Below are positions 36,348 to 47,094 of a DNA stretch of 64,000 nucleotides, in pieces (position 1 is the stretch's first letter; every line of letters starts with the position of its first letter). The stretch comes from an uncultured bacterium (GTDB taxonomy: Bacteria; Chloroflexota; UBA5177; JANWHV01), in the NCBI GenBank assembly GCA_963729625.1, contig CAVSOU010000004.1, positions 16,550-80,549 of the forward strand, written 5' to 3'. The notes under the pieces are model-generated. The model was given only the letters and a program-made list of their open reading frames with translations. It was not told the DNA's origin and did not search any database. A program made the translations under genes and the position numbers.

Positions 36348-36629
36348 GACCGGGTAGACAGATGCCTGTTGGCTAATGCCGGCTAGTGTCCGTGTGCATG
36401 CTTATCCAGCTTGTGCCAGGCCTTGACAGGTGACCGGCTGCACGGTCTGGACGCGATCTTGCTCGCCTGCGTTGGGCGCAAGTGTCGTGTCGTGGAGAGG
36501 CGCCAGGGTCGTCGTGAGCCGCGCGCGCGGCGCCCAGCCAACTGGAATCGCGCGCTGGAGGCCCAAGACCGCCCTTCCCCTTCCCCGGCCTCGGCACAAT
36601 CCCGGAGGGAGAGGAGTCAGCACGCCAGG

Positions 36630-38945
36630 TCAGGTCTCCAGCCGCGCCAGGGCAGCCAGATCCTCCGCACGCTGCTTGGCCCGCCGCTCGTAGCTGGCCT
36701 GGTTCTTGGTGCAGACCAGGGTGTAGGGGCGCCCTTTGCGCTCCGTGGTCACGTCCAGGTCGGCGTTGGCGGCCCGGATTGTCCCTTCCACGTGCTGCCG
36801 GTCAAGCTCGGCAGCCTTGAGGCTCCACGTCTTGCGGGCGGGATCGGCCAGAAACTGGCCGAGCGAGCTGCAGTTGGCGCAGTGGCAGGTGAGCGTGCTC
36901 TCCCTTCTCCAGTCAGGTGGCGGTGCCAGCGGCTGGGCGATACGCGCCCGGAGGTGCTCCAGACAGATGTCGCGCAAGCGGCGCACGGCCGGCACGTTCC
37001 GGCTCGCCGACTGGTCGTGCAGGCGGAGCAGCGCGGGTACGAGCACCGCGTCCGTGTCAAAGGTCTTGGGCCAGGCCAGCACGTAGTCCGCCATGGCATC
37101 CGCAAGATTGGCGTCGATGCTGCCCAAGGCAGTGAGCGCGTCCGCGACCACGGCCCAGTCGACCGTCCGAGGTCCCCACATCGTGGCTGCTGACTGTCTG
37201 CGTGCCGGGTCGCCCGGCAGTGCCGCCAACAGGGCGGCCGCGGCGGGCCGTAGGTCCCAGCCGCTGCCTGCGGCGGCGGCTCGGGCCAGCAGGTCGGCGC
37301 AGGCGCCGAGCGCTCCTGCCGCATTGGCGGCGATGACCCGCGCGATCAGCGCGGCCGCCCGCTCCGGAGCCAGCAGTTCTGCGGCCAGCAGCAGAGCGTC
37401 GTTGTCACCCTGCATATGCATACCTGTGGCTGTAATCTCGGCCAGAAAGGCGTCAATGTTCGCCACATCGTGCAGCCGGATCAGCAAGCGCAGCATGGTC
37501 GTGGTATCGCCCGGCGCTTGGCCTAGGCCCGGGTACCCTGACCCTTCGCCCGGCCAGTGGTGCAGCATGTGCCCGGCGAGTTCGTGGGCCTGCTGCCAGA
37601 GATCCGCCGTTTCCCCTGCGCCGCTTTCCTCCCACTGCCTGGCCAGCTCCGCCAGGTAGGGCAGGGTCGCCCGCGTGCCGGCCTGCGCGAGCACGGCGAG
37701 GCGCCGCCGCTGCGGCCAGAGCACCAATGCCGCGCGATGGTAGGTACGCTCGAAGGAGCCGCCCTCGTTGCCGGTCGCCTCCTGGAAGTACTGCTCGTCG
37801 GGCTGCAGCGCTTCCAGGGCGTCCGGCGGGCACAGCTCCTCCGATTCCTCCTCGAGCGGCAGCTCAGGCAATTCCGCCTGGCCGCCATCCGGGCGCTGCC
37901 AGTGGGAGAGGGTGGCCACGCGGTCGGACACCTCGACGACCTCGTAGTCCTCCTCATCTTCCTCCTCCTCCTCGTCCGATCGCCACCGACGGTGCGGCGC
38001 GTAGTCACCGATGTACTCGGCGGGACCGCTCTCCCGGATGGAGAGCAGGGCCAGGTGTAGGTCGCACCTCGCCTGCTGCGCTGCCGACGTCAGCACTGCC
38101 GCCACCGCGGCATCGGCCCCTTTGAGGGCAGCGAACGACAGCGCCGCCGGCGTATAGGCGTGTTCCAGCGGGCAGATCAGCTTCTCGGGCGACTCGTCGT
38201 CTGGCAAGCCGGCGCGTTCTGCCCACTGCCGCAGCACCGTCGCGCTGCTGGCCTGCTCATGTTCATAGCTGGGCGGCTGGGGCAGGTGCTCCGCATGCTT
38301 CCGGTCGCCGTCTCGCCGTAGCAGGTTGTAGACAAGTGTCAGGCGGTAGCCTGCGGTGACCGGCAGCACCGCGTGCACGCAGTCCGCATAGAAGGCCGCG
38401 AAGGCTACCTCCGAGGGATCGCTACACTGCAGAGCGAGCTGCACCTCGCGGTCTTTGTGCTGCAGCACGAGTTCGCCGCCCGCGTAGACCGAAGGCAGGA
38501 CGATGACCAGGGTGGCGAACATGCCCGGCGCTTTCTCGGTGTCGCGATGGCCGACGAAGAAGCTGCCCTCGTCGTAGACGAGGAGCTTGTACAGCGCTGC
38601 CTCGACCGGCTCGCTAACGCCCAGACCCTCAGAGACGCGCGCCACGATGGCCGCCAGGTTTTCGGCCCAGTGTCGACCCTGAAAGCGGACCCGATCCGCG
38701 CTGATCTGCCACACCCGCCGCACCTCAGTATCGAGGAGGGTCTCCTCGCCGCGGCCGTAGGGAGCGCGCTCGGCCACGGCAACAAGCTGTGTGGCCTGGG
38801 CCGGCAGGAGCGGCAAGGCGACGACGCCGGCGCCGTCCACCGCCAGGCCCGGCGCGTAGACCTCGGCCGTTCCCGCAGCATAGAAGTCGCCAGGCCGGAC
38901 AATTGTGCGCAGGATCGCGGCCAGCTCAGTGGAAAGCGTGGACAT
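36630..38945 (-). CDS. Large 2OG-Fe(II) oxygenase family protein
   Basis: KLLVYDEGSFFVGHRDTEK, FATLVIVLPS, FYADCVH, YRLTLVYNL; C-terminal CHCANC; AGGAG RBS. Confidence 0.88.
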   Translation of the reverse strand: MSTLSTELAAILRTIVRPGDFYAAGTAEVYAPGLAVDGAGVVALPLLPAQATQLVAVAERAPYGRGEETLLDTEVRRVWQISADRVRFQGRHWAENLAAIVARVSEGLGVSEPVEAALYKLLVYDEGSFFVGHRDTEKAPGMFATLVIVLPSVYAGGELVLQHKDREVQLALQCSDPSEVAFAAFYADCVHAVLPVTAGYRLTLVYNLLRRDGDRKHAEHLPQPPSYEHEQASSATVLRQWAERAGLPDDESPEKLICPLEHAYTPAALSFAALKGADAAVAAVLTSAAQQARCDLHLALLSIRESGPAEYIGDYAPHRRWRSDEEEEEDEEDYEVVEVSDRVATLSHWQRPDGGQAELPELPLEEESEELCPPDALEALQPDEQYFQEATGNEGGSFERTYHRAALVLWPQRRRLAVLAQAGTRATLPYLAELARQWEESGAGETADLWQQAHELAGHMLHHWPGEGSGYPGLGQAPGDTTTMLRLLIRLHDVANIDAFLAEITATGMHMQGDNDALLLAAELLAPERAAALIARVIAANAAGALGACADLLARAAAAGSGWDLRPAAAALLAALPGDPARRQSAATMWGPRTVDWAVVADALTALGSIDANLADAMADYVLAWPKTFDTDAVLVPALLRLHDQSASRNVPAVRRLRDICLEHLRARIAQPLAPPPDWRRESTLTCHCANCSSLGQFLADPARKTWSLKAAELDRQHVEGTIRAANADLDVTTERKGRPYTLVCTKNQASYERRAKQRAEDLAALARLET

Positions 38946-39336
38946 TGCTGCTCCTCTTGCACCTGCACGCCAGCCACAGCCGATTTCGTTGTGGCAGCGG
39001 CAGCCGGTCGTGCATGGCTCCGGCTCCGGCCATGCGGTCTGCCACCGATTCCACCATAGCACCTGTAGCGCTAGGGCCTCTGTTGCGCGCGTCGTCCACA
39101 GCAGTGGCGAGGGCGTCGAGCCACTGTCGCCATCGTGCATACCCATACGCCGCCACACAAGGTCCCACGACGGCTCGGGCGAGAAACATAGAGCTTCAGC
39201 CACGAAACGGTACGCTCACGGCGTGGGCGCATCGCTCTCATTGCCCCATCTGATCAGGTACTGCGGCCAGAGAAGGTTGCTACGATGGAGCTGTGGTAGG
39301 TGTGCTGGTGCGGACGAGGCGGGAGTGAATAGGCCA

Positions 39337-40140
39337 ATGCACGAGGATCGCCTGCGGGACGTGTGGGCCAGTGGTGCCAGCTACGAACCATTCATTGGGC
39401 GCTGGAGTCGCCTCGTCGCCCGCGAGTTCCTGGGCTGGCTGGCCGTGCCGCCAGCGAGTCGCTGGCTCGACGTGGCGTGTGGAACTGGCGCGCTGAGCCA
39501 GACGATCGTGCAGTGCGCGGCGCCTGGAGCCGTGACTGGCGTGGATGCCTCGCCTGCCTACATTGCGTATGCTGCACAGTCGACCAGCGATACACGCCTG
39601 CGCTACGTGGTGGGGGAGGCGCAGGCCCTGCCGGTCGAGACGGCCGAGTATGATGCCGCGGTAGCTGGCCTTGCCCTCAACTTCCTGCCGAATCCGGGAG
39701 GAGCCGTGGCCGAGATGGTGCGGGCAACGCGGGCAGGTGGTCAGGTTGCGGCCTACGTCTGGGACTACGCCGCCGGCATGGAGATTCTTCGCCGGTTCTG
39801 GGACGTGGCCGTCGCGCTCGACCCGGACGCCGAACAGCTCGACGAAGGCCGTCGCTTCCCGCTGTGCGCGCCTGGACCGCTCACCACCCTCTTCCATGCC
39901 GCGCCGCTGGCGGACGTCACCGTGCAGGCGATCGAGGTGGCAACGCCGTTCCGTGACTTCGATGCGTACTGGGTGCCGTTCCTTGGCGGCCAAGGTCCGG
40001 CGCCGGCGTATGTCATGGCGCTCGATGCCAGGCGCCGCACTGCGTTGCGCGACCGGCTGCGTGCGACCCTCCCTGTCCGCGACGAGGGCACGATTGCGTT
40101 GACGGCCCGCGCGTGGGCGGTGCGCGGCAGGCGGCTGTGA
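39337..40140 (+). CDS. Class I SAM-dependent methyltransferase
   Basis: YEPFIGRWSR, WLDVACGTG, AAYVWDY, PFLGGQGPAP. Confidence 0.9.
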   Translation: MHEDRLRDVWASGASYEPFIGRWSRLVAREFLGWLAVPPASRWLDVACGTGALSQTIVQCAAPGAVTGVDASPAYIAYAAQSTSDTRLRYVVGEAQALPVETAEYDAAVAGLALNFLPNPGGAVAEMVRATRAGGQVAAYVWDYAAGMEILRRFWDVAVALDPDAEQLDEGRRFPLCAPGPLTTLFHAAPLADVTVQAIEVATPFRDFDAYWVPFLGGQGPAPAYVMALDARRRTALRDRLRATLPVRDEGTIALTARAWAVRGRRL

Positions 40141-40272
40141 CTGGCATATTCTTGCAGTGGATCCCTGGCGGGCCACCGTCGTGGACTCACCCCTCACTGC
40201 CCGGAGCTGCCGCGCGATCGGGGCGCATGCCTCACGCCCGGATATCGGAGACAGAAGAGGCGCGTTGTCTCC

Positions 40273-40761
40273 TTACGGCACAGCGGGCGCAACAAGTGCC
40301 TGCTCGACCTCCTGCGCGTGCCCACTGGGGTGTTTGCCCACGATCATGAGCAGGAGATCGGCCATCGGCATTTGCCGGTCCGACGACAACGCGACCACGT
40401 TCGCCAACAGGTCGTCGGAGAGGGCCTGCACCTTCGCCGCCAGCGCAGTCTGTCCGGCTTGGAATGCGGCCAGCAAGTCGTCCTTGTCCTTCTCGACGTA
40501 GGCCGCGACCATCTGGTGGTTGCGATCGTGCAGACTGCCCACCTCGCCGAATAGCGGCTGACCGTCGACCAGGCGCTGCAGTATGCGCTCGTACGTCACC
40601 CCGCCGGCTGCGAGATGCGCCAACACCTCCTTCGCCGTCCAGCCTCCCTCTTCCTGGTGCACCCGGCAATCCAGTTGAGTTGCGGTGAGCGGGCCGAACG
40701 TGCGCAGCACGTCCGCGGTCGCCTGCCGCATTGCGTCAAGTATTTCGACTTTGCTGGTCAT
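40273..40761 (-). CDS. DinB/MDMPI-N-like four-helix protein
   Basis: GWTAKEVLAHL, C-terminal HPSGH; GGGAG RBS. Confidence 0.8.
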   Translation of the reverse strand: MTSKVEILDAMRQATADVLRTFGPLTATQLDCRVHQEEGGWTAKEVLAHLAAGGVTYERILQRLVDGQPLFGEVGSLHDRNHQMVAAYVEKDKDDLLAAFQAGQTALAAKVQALSDDLLANVVALSSDRQMPMADLLLMIVGKHPSGHAQEVEQALVAPAVP

Positions 40762-41101
40762 CGACGTCACTCCCTCGCCTTGCCTCGCCCAGTCGCAGGA
40801 TCCACACGTCACCCGTCACCGACACTGAGCAGGCGTGCTCGCAAGTACTACTGTACCGATCTCGGCTGGGGGCGTGGTACTGAGTGCGGCCCGCGGAGAA
40901 CCGGAGAACTACCGCCATCTCGGCGCATCCCTTCGTAGCTGGCACCGCCAGCACCGTCTGTTGTCCTCGCACAGGTCCGCAGCGGCGCCGCCGCTGAGCA
41001 ACTCGTGGCACCAAGTGCAGGAGCAGACATGCAGGAGCAAGAGAGTGGAGACCTTGCAAAGGCAGAACCAGGCACTTGGCCATATACATCAGGAATCGGT
41101 G

Positions 41102-41275
41102 TCACGCCCCCGGCTTCTTGAGGAATCTCAAGTAGAAGGCCCAGAACACTGTGACAATGGCGATGTTCACGAGCAGCCGTTCCCAGAAGTGATGCCTGAA
41201 GAACAGTACATCCACACTCACGACAACGGCAATCAACACCACGACATACAGCGCAACAGGCATCTGCCTTGTCAT
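41102..41275 (-). CDS. 57-aa two-helix membrane protein (below the ORF-track cutoff)
   Basis: GGGAGA RBS; MTRQMPVALYVVVLIAVVVSVDVLFFRHHFWERLLVNIAIVTVFWAFYLRFLKKPGA*. Confidence 0.75.
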   Translation of the reverse strand: MTRQMPVALYVVVLIAVVVSVDVLFFRHHFWERLLVNIAIVTVFWAFYLRFLKKPGA

Positions 41276-41316
41276 TTCAATCTCCCGTCAAGTTACATCA
41301 CAAGCTCAGCACAGGC

Positions 41317-41589
41317 TCACGTTCTGGGCGATGCGGAGCGGGCGATGGTCAGCTCCCAGTAGCCGGCCGCGAATGCCACCGCCGCCGCCGCGAGGAACAG
41401 CGCTGCCCACCCGTACGTCTTCCAATCGGCACCACCGAAGGAGAGCGTCAGGACGCCACAGACGGCCAAGACGATACCACCGTCAATGCGCGCGCCTGCA
41501 ACGGCACGGAGGTGGCGGTACTCCCATGGCGGGATCAAACGTCGCATGCCGGTGCGCGGGGGAATGGTGTTGTCATGCCGTGCGTCCAT
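41317..41589 (-). CDS. Small membrane protein (90 aa)
   Basis: AGGAGA RBS; two hydrophobic helices after LIPPWEYRHL. Confidence 0.7.
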   Translation of the reverse strand: MDARHDNTIPPRTGMRRLIPPWEYRHLRAVAGARIDGGIVLAVCGVLTLSFGGADWKTYGWAALFLAAAAVAFAAGYWELTIARSASPRT

Positions 41590-42344
41590 GGACTGTCTCC
41601 TCTGACCTGCGGTGTCCGGCCAGTCCGTTCGCCTAGCAAGGCGGTAGCACGGTGAGAGGTGGGTCGTCAAGAGCGACCATCGCGAGGGTCCGACCGGGCG
41701 GGTACGTGTGCTCGCCGCGCGCGGCCGGTCTGGGAGCATCGCGCACCCGACGCACGGCTCTGGCAGTTCGGCATCACCTGGTACCCGGCCGTCGCGGAAT
41801 GCAGGCGTGGTCGGCCCCGTGATCGCGACGGGTTAGGCGGAAGGCGTCTCGTGAGATAGCGGCACCGACCGAGCCCGACCGTATGAAGATACAGTTCCAG
41901 CTGCGACTTCGTGTTGCTAGAGCGGTTCAGTTCGGGGCTCGCGGAGTGCGTAATGCTCGGGCGCATGGCTTCGATCTCGTGTCTAGTGGCGGCAGCGGTG
42001 TAAGCAGCGCATCACGCGGACACTGCCCAGCTGACCCGCCCAGCACGGTCAGTGGCACAGCCATGAAGGAAGCACTGCGTCGTCGCGCGGTTCCGGCGAT
42101 ACGGCTGGGTGAGAGCGGGTCCCCAGTACTGGTCGGCAAAGTAGTGGTCAAACCATGCGTTGGTAATAAGCGTGTGCCAGCGCGGCCTGCGAGTAGCCCC
42201 CGCGTGGCGTGGCAAGTGACGCACTGAGGTCACGACGCGCGGCAGCTATGATGTTATGCCACAAGTGGCTGTTGTACGAAGCTTTCGTTGCCTTACCCCA
42301 CGTAGGGCCTGCACGGTTCGGGCGTGGTCGGCCTCTCCGGCCGG

Positions 42345-42592
42345 CTCCAGCGCTAGCGGAAGAGGCGGCTCAACAGCGGGACCTCACCATGGTGATCGGC
42401 CAGCTGGAAGCCTTCGCCGCTACCGTCTGCCAGCGCTTGGTCACGTTGGACTGGACCACGCAGCGATCCGTGATCCGGGCACTCATCAAGCGGGTCGAGA
42501 TCGATCGTAATGACGTGAAGGTGATCTTCCGCATCAACCCGATGACCTTGCTACCGCCCGCCAACACCCCAAGTTCGCACTATTGTTGGGGG
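42345..42592 (+). pseudogene. Large serine recombinase C-terminal remnant
   Basis: LAEEAAQQRDLTMVIGQLEAFA...LDWTTQRSVIRALIKRVEIDRNDVKVIFRI. Confidence 0.75.
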
Positions 42593-42856
42593 GCGTGGCC
42601 ACCACACCTTGGGGCGTGCCTTCGTCGGTCTCGAAGAACGCGCCCATATCCACGTACCTCGCTTTCAGCCACTGTTTGATGAAACGTCGGCAGTTTACAC
42701 ACGCTGGCCGACCTCATTTCATTGCTCGAATCCACGCATTTGGTGCATGACCCGTCTGTCGCAGGCGAGTTCTTGCCTGGGGTACCATAGTGACCGTCTG
42801 GGCTAAGCCGGAGCTGGCTGCGTGTTCCCCACGTCAACCTGAGCGCGTGCGCGCAC
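42590..42856 (-). mobile_element. Group II intron remnant: putative 5' end plus RT fragment
   Basis: Minus strand begins GTGCG at 42856; RT fragment RRFIKQWLKARYVDMGAFFETDEGTPQGVVATP at about 42690-42590. Confidence 0.7.
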
Positions 42857-42905
42857 AGCCTAATTGCGCGGCCAGGTTTGGCTCAACGCCGAGCGCGGCG
42901 CAGCA

Positions 42906-44228
42906 ATGGGGCTGAGTGCGGTGAAGCAGCGGCCAGAGAGGCTCGAGGTGGTAAAGGACCGGCCGGTGCACGGACGTGCCCAGGTTGCCTATGCGGCGCG
43001 CGCGATGCGCGGTTTCTTTACCCTGAACTTGCCCGTATCAGCCACGGTGCGGCGCGATTTCCGACTCGACCTGGCCGGCGGGCTGCTCTACGGGGTGTTC
43101 AACGGCTCGGCCGTCGGCTACATCTACGTCGTGGCGCGGACCATTGGCGTGAGCCAATTCGGCATCAGTCTCCTCGTGTCCATGAGTGCCATCGGTGCGA
43201 TGTTGTGCTTGCCTGCGTCACTTGCCGTCAAACCCGAGAGCAGCCGAACCTTTCTCTTCGCCTCCCTCACTCTTGGGCGCGGTGTTCTGCTGCTGATTCT
43301 TGTGCTCCGTGGGCCAGTGCCTTATGTGGTCATCGTCTCCGTCTTCCTCATAACCGGCGGCATTATCGCGCCGTTTTACGCGGAGGTCATGCAGCATATC
43401 TACCCCCGCGAGTTCCGCGGCCAATTGATGAGCTTGGTGCGCATCGGCACCGGTACGGTGACGACCGTTGTATCGCTGCTTACGGCCTGGATATTTGGGT
43501 CGGGCTACATCGGATACCAGGTGCTGTTCGGTCTGGGTGCGCTGCCTGCTCTCGCCAACGTACTGACGTTCGCCAGGATTACGCCGGTCCGGCCGTCGCC
43601 CAGACCACGCCACACCGTGCGCGACCTGCTGCCGATCTTGCGGCGAAACCGCGAGTTCGCACGATACGAGACCTGGGTCTCTACGATGGCCTCTGGCGCA
43701 GTCATCGCCGGGACACTGTATCCCCTCGTGATTGTCGACAAGCTCCACGCGGGTTATGGCTCATTCGGCGTGCTGACCGTGATTACGTCCTTGGGGTATC
43801 TGACTTCTTGGGTTTGGTGGGGTCGAGTCTTCGACCACATGGGTCCGGTATTTACCATGCTCGTGGTCGGGCTCTGCACGCTGGCGCTTCCGGCCGCGAT
43901 GCTGGTCGCGCCGGGTGTCTATTGGCTGGTGTTGGGCGTGTTCCTCAACGGCGTATCCAGTGCCGGCTTTGAAGTAGGCCCTGTCGCGGCGGTGATTCAC
44001 TTTTCGCGCGCCGTGCCGCACGATGTTCCGCAATACATGGCTATACACTCGATACTGATAGGGGTGCGCGGCATAATCTTCCCGTTTGTTGCCATACTCA
44101 TCCTGGCCGGGCACCACTACGCGCTGTCGTTGAGTGCCGCGCTTTTGCTATCGGCATACGGCACTTGTATGCTGTGGCGCATGCATATGCAAGAGCCTTA
44201 CCAAGTCCATGACGGTCGCGACGATTGA
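42906..44228 (+). CDS. MFS transporter
   Basis: About 12 hydrophobic segments; IYPREFRGQLMS; WGRVFDHMG. Confidence 0.85.
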   Translation: MGLSAVKQRPERLEVVKDRPVHGRAQVAYAARAMRGFFTLNLPVSATVRRDFRLDLAGGLLYGVFNGSAVGYIYVVARTIGVSQFGISLLVSMSAIGAMLCLPASLAVKPESSRTFLFASLTLGRGVLLLILVLRGPVPYVVIVSVFLITGGIIAPFYAEVMQHIYPREFRGQLMSLVRIGTGTVTTVVSLLTAWIFGSGYIGYQVLFGLGALPALANVLTFARITPVRPSPRPRHTVRDLLPILRRNREFARYETWVSTMASGAVIAGTLYPLVIVDKLHAGYGSFGVLTVITSLGYLTSWVWWGRVFDHMGPVFTMLVVGLCTLALPAAMLVAPGVYWLVLGVFLNGVSSAGFEVGPVAAVIHFSRAVPHDVPQYMAIHSILIGVRGIIFPFVAILILAGHHYALSLSAALLLSAYGTCMLWRMHMQEPYQVHDGRDD

Positions 44229-44453
44229 CGGCTGATCGTCTCGCCCGCCAGCTCCTGGCACACCGCGCGGCAGCCTACAGCCGAACAGGGGAAGGCGGCT
44301 GAAACCAGCCAAGACGGTGTTTGCACGCACGTCGTCGTGCGGGAGTACTGCGACACGAAGACGGGACAGGAAGGATCATAGCCAAGACGGTCCCCGCTCC
44401 CAGTGTGCATACTGAAGGCGACGGGTAGTGAGCGCATGAAGGGGAGAGAGTAC

Positions 44454-45424
44454 ATGCAGTACGTACAACTCGGACGTTCGGGGCTCAAAGTCAGCCGGCT
44501 GTGCCTGGGCACGATGAACTTTGGTCCTTTGACGACCGAAGAGGACAGCCATGCGATCATGGATCGCGCCCACGAGCTAGGCATCAACTTCTTCGATACG
44601 GCCAACGTGTATGGCCGGAAGAAGGGTGAGGGCATCACCGAGAACATTGTTGGGCGGTGGTTTAGCCAGGGAGGCGGACGGCGGGAGCGTACGGTGATTG
44701 CCACCAAGCTGTACGGAGAGATGGGCGACTGGCCAAACGAATCGCGCCTCTCCGCCCTCAATATTCGCCGCGCCTGTGAGGCTAGCCTCCAGCGCATGCA
44801 GACGGACTACATCGACATCTACCAGATGCACCACGTGGACCGTTGACGCCGTGGGAGGAGATCTGGCAAGCCATGGAGGTGCTCGCGCAGCAGGGCAAGA
44901 TCCTGTACGTGGGCAGCTCGAACCACGCCGGCTGGCACATTGCCCGAGCCAACGAGGTCGCCAAGAGCCGGCACTTCTTCGGCCTGGTCTCCGAGCAGAG
45001 TCTGTACAACCTCGCCGCGCGGACCGTCGAGCTGGAGGTACTCCCGGCCTGCGAGACGTACGGGATGGGTGTGATTCCCTGGAGCCCGCTGGGAGGCGGA
45101 TTGCTTGGCGGCGCCCTGCAGAAAGCGAAAGAGGGCCGCCGAGCCTCCGAGGAGCAACAGAAGCGCATCCGGGATCTCTTGCCGAAGCTGGAAGCCTGGG
45201 AGAGCTTATGTAGCGAACTGGGCGAGCAGCCAGCCGACATGGCCCTGGCTTGGCTGCTCCACAACGCGGTGGTAACGGCGCCGATCATCGGCCCGCGCAC
45301 GGCGGCGCAGCTCGACGGCTTGCTTCGCGCCCTGGAGATCTCTCTGAGCGCCGAGGTTCTGACCAAGCTGGACGAGATCTTCCCGGGACCCGGTGGCGCC
45401 GCCCCGGAAGCCTACGCCTGGTAG
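44454..45424 (+). pseudogene. Aldo/keto reductase with a 1-bp frameshift near 44843
   Basis: LGRSGLKVSRLCLGTMNFG, FFDTANVYG, YQMHHVDR / TPWEEIW..YVGSSN..PWSPLGGG. Confidence 0.88.
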
Positions 45425-45586
45425 TGGACAGCAGGACCCACGTCGCGTGCACAGGTGCTGGGCCGGCTGTCGAATCAGCGCGTGCGCCGCGCCCTCCGGC
45501 AGGACCTGCCCAGTCGCCCACACGTCCGCTTCCAGGGCCTCCACCGCGTCCGCTACCGGACAGCGGCGCTGGATCGATCGCTTCGA

Positions 45587-45888
45587 TGGAGACGTCCGTG
45601 GCGGGAGGGCCGAACATGGTCGGCTTGCTCGCCCAGTGGGGCAGCGCACAGTTGCTCGAAGCGCCGGCGATCTGGCCCGTCCTGCTGCGCTATCGCGGCC
45701 TCGTCCACCTGATGCTGGGCGTCGTGACCCTCGAGCAAGGGCTGCGCGTGGCCGCCGGCCGGTCCAAGCTGCTTGTCACTGCGCACACGCCGCCCGGTAC
45801 GCTGAGCCGGGGGCTGCTGCCGCTTGCCGCGCTGGTATTCGCGCGCTCCCTGACTGAGCCGGATGAGGCCACCAGCAAGACGCCGTGA
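45587..45888 (+). CDS. Hypothetical membrane protein, possibly a fragment
   Basis: Hydrophobic ORF (LLAQWG..IWPVLLRYRGLVHLML..HTPPG). Confidence 0.4.
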
Positions 45889-45970
45889 GGTAACCGAATG
45901 TCCCGACCGCTAGACCGCGACCACGTGCGGTGCGGTGCAAGCCGATGGGAACCCAACCAAGGAGGGTGAC

Positions 45971-46987
45971 ATGCCTACGATGCGCGCGGTGCAGGTCCCG
46001 GCACCTCGTGCCGATTTCGAGTTGGTAGAAAAGGCCGTCCCGGAACCTGGGGATGGCGAGGTACTGGTCAAAGTCGAAGCCTGCGGTATTTGTCATGGAG
46101 ATGCGATCACCAAGGACGGACGCTATCCCGGCATCGCCTATCCCCGTATCCCGGGCCACGAGGTCATCGGCATCATCGACGCGTGCGGAGCGAATACCGC
46201 GCCCTGGCAGGCAGGCCAGCGCGTGGGCGTCGGGTGGCATGGGGGCCCGTGTCACACGTGCGAGGCCTGTCGGGGCGGGAACCTTGAGGGCTGCCAGCGC
46301 ATCTTGACGCCCGGCATCTCGTTTGACGGGGGCTACGCAGAATACCTGACGGTCTCCGCGCGCGCCCTGGCCTCCATCCCGGCGAGCTTTGATGCTCTGA
46401 CGGCCGCGCCCCTCCTGTGCGCGGGTAGAACGACCTTCTCGGCTCTACGGAGCAGCGGCGCCAGGGGTGGTGACCTCGTGGCGATTCAGGGTATAGGCGG
46501 GCTGGGACACCTCGCAGTGCAGTTCGCCCGCAAGCTGGGCTTTCACACCGTGGCGCTCTCCCGCGGCAGCGAGAAGGCTACACTGGCCTACCAGCTCGGC
46601 GCTCACGTCTTCATCGACACCGAGGCCACAGATGCCGCGGACGAGCTGAGGAAGCTGGGTGGGGCTAGGCTCATTCTGGCCACGGCACCCAACAGCGCGG
46701 CGATCGCGGCCCTGGTTAACGGCCTGGGGTACGATGGGCAGCTCGTGATCGTCGCCGCGCCGGCTGAACCGCTGCAGATCGGGGTCGGCCAACTGTTCCA
46801 GGGACGGCGGTCCGTCCGCGGCTGGGTGGGCAGCCGCGCCGAAGCCGCCCCTACTCTACCGTTCAGCGAGATGGCCGGCATCACCCCTATGGTCGAAGTG
46901 TTTCCCCTGGAGCAGGCGGCCCTGGCCTACGTGCGCATGCTCACGGCCAAGGTACGCTTTCGTTGCGTGCTCACGCCCAACGCGTGA
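45971..46987 (+). CDS. Zinc-dependent alcohol dehydrogenase
   Basis: CGICHGD, PGHE, CHTCEAC..C, APLLCAG, GIGGLG; AAGGAGG RBS. Confidence 0.93.
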   Translation: MPTMRAVQVPAPRADFELVEKAVPEPGDGEVLVKVEACGICHGDAITKDGRYPGIAYPRIPGHEVIGIIDACGANTAPWQAGQRVGVGWHGGPCHTCEACRGGNLEGCQRILTPGISFDGGYAEYLTVSARALASIPASFDALTAAPLLCAGRTTFSALRSSGARGGDLVAIQGIGGLGHLAVQFARKLGFHTVALSRGSEKATLAYQLGAHVFIDTEATDAADELRKLGGARLILATAPNSAAIAALVNGLGYDGQLVIVAAPAEPLQIGVGQLFQGRRSVRGWVGSRAEAAPTLPFSEMAGITPMVEVFPLEQAALAYVRMLTAKVRFRCVLTPNA

Positions 46988-47094
46988 GGCGCGGACCGGT
47001 TGGAGTCTGTTCCTTGTACCATCAGGTCGAGGCTGGTCAATCTCTCGACAGTACCGAGCAGCGCGGCCGTGCATCGCGTGCAAAGGAGAGCACC

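Noticed and set aside
41880-42230. Possible structured RNA or gene remnant
   Set aside because: Only short hairpins and no recognisable family signature; no support for a call.
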